DNA of 26,338 nt from Mycobacteriales bacterium (GTDB lineage: Bacteria > Actinomycetota > Actinomycetes > Mycobacteriales > QHCD01), in assembly GCA_051000035.1 (NCBI GenBank), contig JBPCOR010000100.1:1-26338 (forward strand), given 5' to 3'. The notes beneath the pieces were generated by a model. The model searched no databases. It was not told the DNA's origin and saw nothing but the letters and a program-made list of their open reading frames with translations. Made by a program: the position numbers and the translations under genes. Of the stretch, positions 9,443-15,664 are shown piece by piece. The stretch's first letter is position 1; every line of letters begins with the position of its first letter.

Positions 9443-10428
9443 ATGAGCAACGATGTAGGCCCGGTCGGACGTGCGCTGCTCGCACTCGAGGCGATCCAGG
9501 CGGCGCCGGGCATCACCGGCGCCCGGCTCGCCGCCCGGCTCGGCGTGACCGATCGGGCCGCGCGCCGCTATGTGACCGTGCTGCGCGAGGCCGGGATCCC
9601 GGTCGAGTCGGCCAGTGGTCCGTACGGCGGCTACCGGATCGGGCGCGGTGCTCGGATCCCGCCGTTGATGTTCAGCACGTCCGAGGCGCTTGGGCTGGTG
9701 ATGGCGGTGCTGCAGGGGTGGCACGGATCGGTCGAAGCCGACACCCCGCCGCGACCGCGCTTGCCAAGATCCTGCGCGTGCTGCCGGCCGCGACTGCCGC
9801 GCCGGCCGAGGCGATGCGACGCGTACGGGCGCAGAACCCGAGCGACAAGGCCGCCACGCCCGACGCGGAACTGACGGCCACGACCACGCAGGCTTGCCAG
9901 AACCGCAAGCGGATCCGCCTCACCCACCGCACCGGCAGCCGGATGCGGCTCGAACCGTGGGCCGTCGTCGTCCGGCACGGGCGGTGGTACCTGCTCGGCT
10001 GGCTACCCGACGCCGACGCACGCCGGGTCCTGCGCCTGGACCGCATCACAGACGTCGAGACGACTGGTGAGTCATGCACACCACCGGACGACCTGGACCC
10101 GGTACGCGAGGTCGAGGACCACCTCGCCGACGGCTGGACCTACCCGGTTCAGGTCCGCATCGACGCGCCGGTGACAACGGTTGCGCCGTGCATCCCGCGC
10201 ACGCTCGGTCGGCTCGACGCAAGCGGCGAACACAGCTGCATTCTGCGCGGCAGCACCGACGAACCCGCCTGGTACGCCGAGCAACTGGCAGCCATACCTG
10301 CGCCGTTCACGGTCCTGACCTCGGCAGAGATACAGGCCGCGGTACGAACCCTCGCGCACCGCCTCACCCAGGCCGGGGGCGCCGCGATCAGCGGGAACCC
10401 GGAGCGCACCGGACCGGTATCGCGGTGA
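9443..10428 (+). pseudogene. HTH-WYL(-WCX) transcriptional regulator (YafY/PafC-like) with a 1-nt frameshift
   Basis: HTH ITGARLAARLGVTDRAARRYVTVLREAGIPVES..GPYGGY in one frame; ALAKILRVLP...EPWAVVVRHGRWYLL..RVLRLDRI in the next; shift at the C4 run 9744-9747; span 986 nt, one short of 329 codons. Confidence 0.85.
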
Positions 10429-10471
10429 CAAATCGGTCACCAGGACGGCGCCGCGAGGCCGGTCGGGGCGA

Positions 10472-11137
10472 TCAATCGATTCCCCAGATCGCCAGGTCGA
10501 CCTCGTTGCCCTCGGCGTCGGCAAGCGTCCACCAGCCCGGCGCATGCGCGTCGCTGACGACGTGCCCGCCGGCTGCGACCGCGGCTGCGATGCGGGCTTG
10601 GACCTGGTCGTGGGGAAGGTAGACGTCGACGTGCATCCGGTTGCGCTGCGGCCGGGGTACGTCCATCTCTTGGAAGGTGAACGTGGGCCCGCGTCGCAGC
10701 GGATCGAAGGCGTCCTCGTCGCCCATCTCGTCATACCCGAGCACCGCACACCAGAACGGCCGGGCCGTGGCGGCCAGAGTCGCGTCGATCGACACCTGGA
10801 CGTGCTGCACCCGGCTGGGGTCAGCCTGGATGTGCAGCTCGCGGGCAGCGACCGAGATCTGCCGGGCCAGCTCGGTGTCGCGGCGGCTCAGTAGCCCGTA
10901 AACACCGGAAAACAGCCGGACGGTGACGCCCTCGGCACGCAGGTCGACGTCGAGATCATGGCCCGCGGCGGCCGCCAGCGCACCGATCTTCTCGACCAGC
11001 GTCGCCCCGATCGTGAACGACCCGGTCCGGAAGTATGCGCACGCCCAGGCGCCACCCCAGATGGGCCAGTCCTCCACCCCATCGGCCTCGAGGAATTGCC
11101 GCCCGGTGATCTGATCTGTCATCTCGTCGCTGGTCAT
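10472..11137 (-). CDS. Pterin-4a-carbinolamine dehydratase-like domain fused to a VOC domain
   Basis: FRTGSF..GATLVEKIG..DVDLR..VTVRL..LSRRDTELARQIS (PCD-like), then RPFWCAVLGY..PRPQRNRMHVDV..WWTLADAEGNEVD (VOC). Start ATG 11137 (leaderless geometry) or 11122. Confidence 0.85.
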   Translation of the reverse strand: MTSDEMTDQITGRQFLEADGVEDWPIWGGAWACAYFRTGSFTIGATLVEKIGALAAAAGHDLDVDLRAEGVTVRLFSGVYGLLSRRDTELARQISVAARELHIQADPSRVQHVQVSIDATLAATARPFWCAVLGYDEMGDEDAFDPLRRGPTFTFQEMDVPRPQRNRMHVDVYLPHDQVQARIAAAVAAGGHVVSDAHAPGWWTLADAEGNEVDLAIWGID

Positions 11138-11144
11138 CCTCCGG

Positions 11145-11176
11145 ACGGTAGACGCTGTTCCGGACGATTTCCGTCC
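11145..11176 (-). promoter_or_regulatory. Putative WYL-activated promoter of the PCD-VOC gene
   Basis: - strand GGACG-GAAAT-CGTCCG-N10-TACCGT, then 7 nt to ATG 11137. Confidence 0.6.
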
Positions 11177-11450
11177 TATATGACGGTCTCGTGCGGTCAC
11201 CGCCGAGAAGAAGCCGGGCGACACGTGGCCCCGCCCCACGGCATCATCATTGACCGGGACGTTTCGATTGAGGAACTCAGGACCGCAGCCCCGGCCCCGA
11301 CCACTCCACCCGACTTTGCTGTTGCGGTGAGCGATCGGTGACCGGGCGTCCGACGGTGGCCGGCCATTGGGCCAGCGGTCAGCTGATCGGTCGCGTCGGT
11401 GGCGCGCTCATGCGAAACTTGGATCGCAACGACGCCAGTGGAGGTTGAGG

Positions 11451-11735
11451 ATGAGCATCGGCTGGGTGGCCTTCCACTACCCGAAACCCGAATATCGCGA
11501 CGACATGATCCGCCGCGTCCATGCTGCTGCACAAGTCCTGATCGAGGTCCCAGGATGCCCCGATGTTCACTGCTGGGAGACCGTGGAGATTGGGGCAATC
11601 GTGGCAAGCGGAAGGTGGGAGTCCAACGAGGCCCGGCAGGCCGGATTCGCGGCAGCGAGGGAGGCAGGTGTCGACTTCGACTACGATGATCGACAGTTGC
11701 GACCGTGGGAAGTCTTCCACCTGTCGCCGGTCTAG
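11451..11735 (+). CDS. Antibiotic biosynthesis monooxygenase-like (dimeric alpha+beta barrel) protein
   Basis: FHYPKPEYRDDMI...VPGC..VHCW..GAIVASGRWESNEA; GGAGG/GAGG RBS before ATG 11451; 94 aa. Confidence 0.6.
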   Translation: MSIGWVAFHYPKPEYRDDMIRRVHAAAQVLIEVPGCPDVHCWETVEIGAIVASGRWESNEARQAGFAAAREAGVDFDYDDRQLRPWEVFHLSPV

Positions 11736-11864
11736 GCCATTGGTAGCGCCATCGTCCAAGCGATCTCCGTTCGCCGTCCGGTAGCGGGACTCCTTCTGCG
11801 GCACACGCCTTACGGATCAAGCGACGGCGAAGGCGCTCGCGATCGACTCGATGTCCTCTGCCCT

Positions 11865-11960
11865 GACTGCTTCGTTCTTGTACAGGCCCATGAACGACTC
11901 GGCCGCGGCGTTGTCGTAGGCGTCGCCGACGCTGCCGATGGACGCTGAAAGCCCCTTCAG
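11865..11960 (-). mobile_element. IS3-family transposase C-terminal fragment
   Basis: LKGLSASIGSVGDAYDNAAAESFMGLYKNEAV, the IS3 DNAxxE(S) catalytic-Glu region; the flanks are not transposase-like. Confidence 0.8.
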
Positions 11961-12277
11961 GGCTGCCGGTTCGGCGGCCGACCTCGCCGGCTGGTCCGGT
12001 GCCCAGGTCGTCGCAGGAGCTGCCGACGCTGCCTTCGTCCGCGGTGACGAACCGGGGCCCGCCTCCCACGTTCACGCCCGCTGAGCAGTGGCTGCACGCC
12101 GTCGTCGCCACGGACCTGGAGCCATCGATCATCGTCGTCAGCCGTGGGCATGCGCGAAGCCCCACACCGTTGCGCCGCCTGTCGCGGGCACGGCGCCGCC
12201 GGGACGACACCGACGGCTTCGAACGGCGTTCACCGCGGCGATCGTGATCTCGGCGATCGGACGGCTGCCGGCGATCG

Positions 12278-13150
12278 TCACACGGCGGTCGGCGCGTGCC
12301 GTGCCACCGGCGTCTGTACCTGTGCCTGTGCAAGCACCCAGTCACACCACTCGCGGACGCCGGCACCCGTGCGAGCGCTGACCTCGATCGTCCGGACGGT
12401 CGGATTCACCGCCGTGAGATTCCGGCGGAAGCCGGCAAGCTCGAAGTCCAGGTGCGGCAGCAGGTCGATCTTGTTGATGACCACCAGGTCCGCGGAGCGG
12501 AACATGACCGGATACTTCAGCGGCTTCTCCTCCCCCTCGGTGACCGAGAAGACCATCGCCCGGGCATGCTCGCCTACGTCGAACTCCGCCGGGCAGACCA
12601 AATTGCCGACGTTCTCGATCATGACGAGGTCGAGATCGTCGATCGGGAGCCGGATCAGTGCGGACCGGACCATCGGCGCGTCGAGATGGCACTCGCCGCC
12701 GTACCCGTTGCCGGTGTTGACCAGCTCGATCGCGGCACCGAACCCCTCGAGCCGGTCCGCGTCCAGGCTGGTCTCTATGTCGCCCACGATGACGCCGATG
12801 CGCAGCCGGTCGGCGAGCACACGCAGGGTCTCGCGCAGCAGCGTGGTCTTGCCGGCACCGGGTGATGACATCAGGTTGATCGCGCGGGCCTGGGCTCGAG
12901 CGAGATCGGCCCGATTCGCCGCGGCGAGCCGGTCGTTCTCATCGAAGATGCGTTCGAGCACCTCGATCCGCTCCGGACCGGTCTGGTATGCCGAGTGGTC
13001 GCCGACGTCGCGCTCGTTGCCGTGCTGGTGATCGGCAGCGTGATCGGGACGGTGCTCGTGCTCGCCGTCGTGCTCGTGCTCGCCGTCGTGCTCGTGGTCA
13101 TGATCGTGGTCATGATCGTGCCCATCGTCGTGCCGATGGAAGCGACCCAT
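12278..13150 (-). CDS. hypB: Hydrogenase nickel-insertion GTPase with His-rich N-terminus
   Basis: MSSPGAGKTTLL, GGECHLDA, ENVGNLVCPAEFDVGE, GEEKPLKYP, NKID. Confidence 0.97.
   Translation of the reverse strand: MGRFHRHDDGHDHDHDHDHEHDGEHEHDGEHEHRPDHAADHQHGNERDVGDHSAYQTGPERIEVLERIFDENDRLAAANRADLARAQARAINLMSSPGAGKTTLLRETLRVLADRLRIGVIVGDIETSLDADRLEGFGAAIELVNTGNGYGGECHLDAPMVRSALIRLPIDDLDLVMIENVGNLVCPAEFDVGEHARAMVFSVTEGEEKPLKYPVMFRSADLVVINKIDLLPHLDFELAGFRRNLTAVNPTVRTIEVSARTGAGVREWCDWVLAQAQVQTPVARHAPTAV
13052..13120. repeat. In-frame tandem duplications within the hypB His-rich tail (2.5x18 bp and 2x12 bp)
   Basis: GTGCTCGTGCTCGCCGTC at 13052 and 13070, partial at 13088; GTCATGATCGTG at 13097 and 13109. 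Confidence 0.85.
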
Positions 13151-13153
13151 CTT

Positions 13154-13495
13154 TCACACCTTTCCGAGGTCGAGCGCGGTCACGAGGAACTCCTCGCCGG
13201 CCAGCACCGCGCTGTCCAGGCCGCCACATGCCGGGCACCCGAAGGTCACGTTGTTTCCGAGGTCGAATTCGTCGCCGCAGGCGCGGCACTTCAGCCGGGC
13301 GGCGACCCGCTCGATCTGCAGCTCCGCTCCCTCCAGGGTGGTCTCGGCGACGACGAGTGACCAGCAGAAGAGCAGCGTGTCCGGGATGACCTGACGGAGT
13401 TGACCGATCCGCACGTGGATGACGTCGACACTGCGGTCCTCCGCCCGGCGGGTGACGATGTCGGCGATCGCCCCGCAGAGCGAAAGCTCATGCAC
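13154..13495 (-). CDS. hypA: Hydrogenase nickel chaperone
   Basis: (M)HELSLC, RIGQLRQVIPDTLLFCW, CRAC and CPAC zinc motifs, GEEFLV. Confidence 0.96.
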   Translation of the reverse strand: MHELSLCGAIADIVTRRAEDRSVDVIHVRIGQLRQVIPDTLLFCWSLVVAETTLEGAELQIERVAARLKCRACGDEFDLGNNVTFGCPACGGLDSAVLAGEEFLVTALDLGKV

Positions 13496-13892
13496 GGCGC
13501 TGCTCGATCGATTCCAGGATGTGACGATCCGGGATTTCCGGACCGAGGATCCAGCTGACCGGCTCGGCCGGCGCCGCGAACGGCGTGGTGACGTCGACCG
13601 TGACCGGCACCGAGATGTCGTCGGGAGTCCACCGCCTCGGATCGGCCGTCAGGCCGAGCAGGTAGGTGACGGTGCAGTCCAGGGCTACGGACAGTTCGGG
13701 CAGCCGGGCGACGTCGAGCCCCTGACCGTGCTCCATGCCGCTGAGCATCCGGTTGGTGGCGGCGACGCCCAGAGCTGCTAGCCGCTCCACGATCTCGTAC
13801 TGGGTCAGACCGAGGTCGTGCCGTCGTTCGCTGATCCGGCGGGCGCACACCCAGTGTCGCTCTCGATTGTGACCGTGTGCCGTCGACGACAT
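13488..13892 (-). CDS. XRE-family helix-turn-helix regulator
   Basis: RISERRHDLGLTQYEIVERL...LSGMEHGQ..LPELSVALDCTVTYLLGLT; start re-called at ATG 13892 (GGAGGG upstream); stop overlaps the hypA start by 8 nt. Confidence 0.85.
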   Translation of the reverse strand: MSSTAHGHNRERHWVCARRISERRHDLGLTQYEIVERLAALGVAATNRMLSGMEHGQGLDVARLPELSVALDCTVTYLLGLTADPRRWTPDDISVPVTVDVTTPFAAPAEPVSWILGPEIPDRHILESIEQRRA

Positions 13893-13918
13893 CGTCCCGC
13901 GCCCTCCGATCGCTCTCG

Positions 13919-14060
13919 GCACAGTTGTCCGCCCAGGCACAGTTGTCCGCCCAGGCGCAGTTGTCCGCCCAGCCAACGGTGTCCGCCCAGCCAACGGTGT
14001 CCGCCCAGCCAACAGTGTCCGCCCGGGCACAGTCTTCGCCCAGGCACAGTGTTCGCCCCT
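13919..14060. repeat. Tandem array of six 18-bp and two 17-bp units
   Basis: GCACAGTTGTCCGCCCAG at 13919 and 13937, GCGCAGTTGTCCGCCCAG 13955, CCAACGGTGTCCGCCCAG 13973 and 13991, CCAACAGTGTCCGCCCGG 14009, GCACAGTCTTCGCCCAG 14027, GCACAGTGTTCGCCCCT 14044. Confidence 0.95.
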
Positions 14061-14105
14061 GGCGCAGGCTCGTCAACGGCGGTTCACCCGAGCGTGGCAG
14101 ACCGG

Positions 14106-14369
14106 TCACTCGGACATGTCGGACAGCGCGGTGACGTCATAATGGGAGAAGTTGTAGACGGGCGAGCCCCCGAGGAGCCGTTCCAACTCCTCGTGCGAGT
14201 CGACGTCGACGATCCAGACTCCTCCGTGCGCGCCGACGATGTGGTAGCGCGACACGATCTTGCCGACCCGTTCCAGCTCTACGGCGTATGCGGGCACCCG
14301 GGTGATCGCCGCGGCCATCTCACGGGACAGCAGGGTGAGCTCCAGATGCCAGGTCACCAGAAATTTCAA
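14106..14369 (-). CDS. Muconolactone delta-isomerase-like/DUF3303-like small barrel protein
   Basis: MKFLV...ELERVGKIVSRYHIVG..GGVWIVDVDSHEELERLL..SPVY...DVTAL pattern; TTG start with AGGA upstream. Confidence 0.65.
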   Translation of the reverse strand: MKFLVTWHLELTLLSREMAAAITRVPAYAVELERVGKIVSRYHIVGAHGGVWIVDVDSHEELERLLGGSPVYNFSHYDVTALSDMSE

Positions 14370-14579
14370 CGGCTCGTCCTATCGTCGGTGCGCGCGCCGG
14401 TGGACCTACGAAGTAACTGATTCCCGGATTCGGTAACTCAGCATAGCGGCGCACCCCCTCCCCCATAAGGGTTTTGATGCTTGTGTCACCGGCTGACTGG
14501 CGTACAGTCCAGAGCCTCACGCCATCCCATTGGTCGGAGCGGGCACGTCTTCGTGTCCCCGCGGAGGAGGTGCGCTTCG
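14370..14579. promoter_or_regulatory. Divergent control region of the hydrogenase locus
   Basis: + strand TTGTGT(14481)-N16-TACAGT(14503) and GGAGGAGG RBS 14563-14570; - strand TATGCT at 14445-14440; GTAACT direct repeats at 14413 and 14433. Confidence 0.45.
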
Positions 14580-15659
14580 GTGTCTGCAACAACCGAGGAA
14601 CGTTCAGGCAAGCACGAGCAAGAGGACGAAGGTGTCGTTCATATTCTCTGGATGAACGGTGGCCTGAGCTGTGACGGAGATTCGGTCGCGCTCACCGCAG
14701 CAACCCAGCCGAGCATCGAGGAGATCGTGCTCGGTGCCCTCCCCGGCCTGCCCAAGGTCGCGGTCCACTGGCCGCTGATCGACTTCGAATCCGGACCGGA
14801 GCAGGGCGCGGACACCTTCATCGAGTGGTGGCACAAGGCAGATCGCGGTGAACTCGAGCCCTTCGTGCTCGTCGTCGAGGGATCGATCCCGAACGAGGAG
14901 TTGAACAAGGACAACGGCGGCTACTTCTGCGGCTTCGGCAACGACCCGGACACCGGCGAGGTGCGCACGACCAACGAGTGGCTGGACCGGTTGTCGAAGA
15001 AGGCCACCGCGATCATCGCCGTCGGCACCTGCGCCACCTACGGCGGCATCCACGCCATGGCCGGCAACCCGACCGGCGCCATGGGCGTTCCCGACTTCCT
15101 CGGGTGGGACTGGAAGTCCAAGGCCGGCCTGCCCATCGTCTGCGTGCCGGGCTGCCCGATCCAGCCGGACAACCTCTCCGAGACGATCCTGTACCTGCTG
15201 TACCAGGTCGCCGGGCAGGCACCGATGATCCCGCTGGACGCCGAGCTGCGCCCGCGCTGGCTGTTCGAGGCGACCGTGCACGAGGGCTGCGACCGGGGCG
15301 GCTACTACGAGCAGGGCCAGTTCGCGACCGAGTACGGCTCGCCGTTGTGCCTGGTCAAGCTCGGCTGCTGGGGCCCGGTCGTCAACTGCAATGTGCCCAA
15401 GCGCGGCTGGATCAACGGCATCGGCGGGTGCCCGAACGTCGGCGGCATCCGCATCGGCTACACCATGCCGGGCTTCCCGGACAAGTTCATGCCCTTCATG
15501 GACGAGCCACCGGGCGGCAAGGTGTCCTCGACCGCCAGCGGGGCCTACGGAAAGGTCATCCGTACGATGCGGAAATTCACCCAGAGCACGTTGAACAAGG
15601 AGCCGTCATGGCGTGTCCGCGGCCCCGAACTGAAGACCGGCTACCGGAAGGGGCGATGA
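14580..15659 (+). CDS. hhyS: Group 1h [NiFe]-hydrogenase small subunit (medial-cluster CxxC altered)
   Basis: GLSCDGDSVALTAATQP, GTCATYGGI, VPGCP, TVHEGCDR, CLVKLGCWGP; no Tat signal; start re-called at GTG 14580 after GGAGGAGG; GGIRIGYTMPGFPD where CIGC is expected. Confidence 0.95.
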   Translation: MSATTEERSGKHEQEDEGVVHILWMNGGLSCDGDSVALTAATQPSIEEIVLGALPGLPKVAVHWPLIDFESGPEQGADTFIEWWHKADRGELEPFVLVVEGSIPNEELNKDNGGYFCGFGNDPDTGEVRTTNEWLDRLSKKATAIIAVGTCATYGGIHAMAGNPTGAMGVPDFLGWDWKSKAGLPIVCVPGCPIQPDNLSETILYLLYQVAGQAPMIPLDAELRPRWLFEATVHEGCDRGGYYEQGQFATEYGSPLCLVKLGCWGPVVNCNVPKRGWINGIGGCPNVGGIRIGYTMPGFPDKFMPFMDEPPGGKVSSTASGAYGKVIRTMRKFTQSTLNKEPSWRVRGPELKTGYRKGR

Positions 15660-15664
15660 CCTAG

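Noticed and set aside
8163-11802. AAEGVP peptide in two minus-strand frames (8163-8180 and 11785-11802)
   Set aside because: Codons differ, flanks do not align and neither frame has a credible start; probably chance.
12138-12281. 47-aa minus-strand ORF overlapping the hypB stop (GTGA), ending WGFAHAHG
   Set aside because: The overlap arises automatically from a G-ending codon before TGA; no RBS and no convincing family match.
13919-14060. CRISPR array
   Set aside because: Units are contiguous, with no unique spacers and no cas genes in the window.
14669-14685. HhyS CDGD with Asp replacing a proximal-cluster Cys
   Set aside because: 3Cys-1Asp proximal ligation is the established group 1h pattern.
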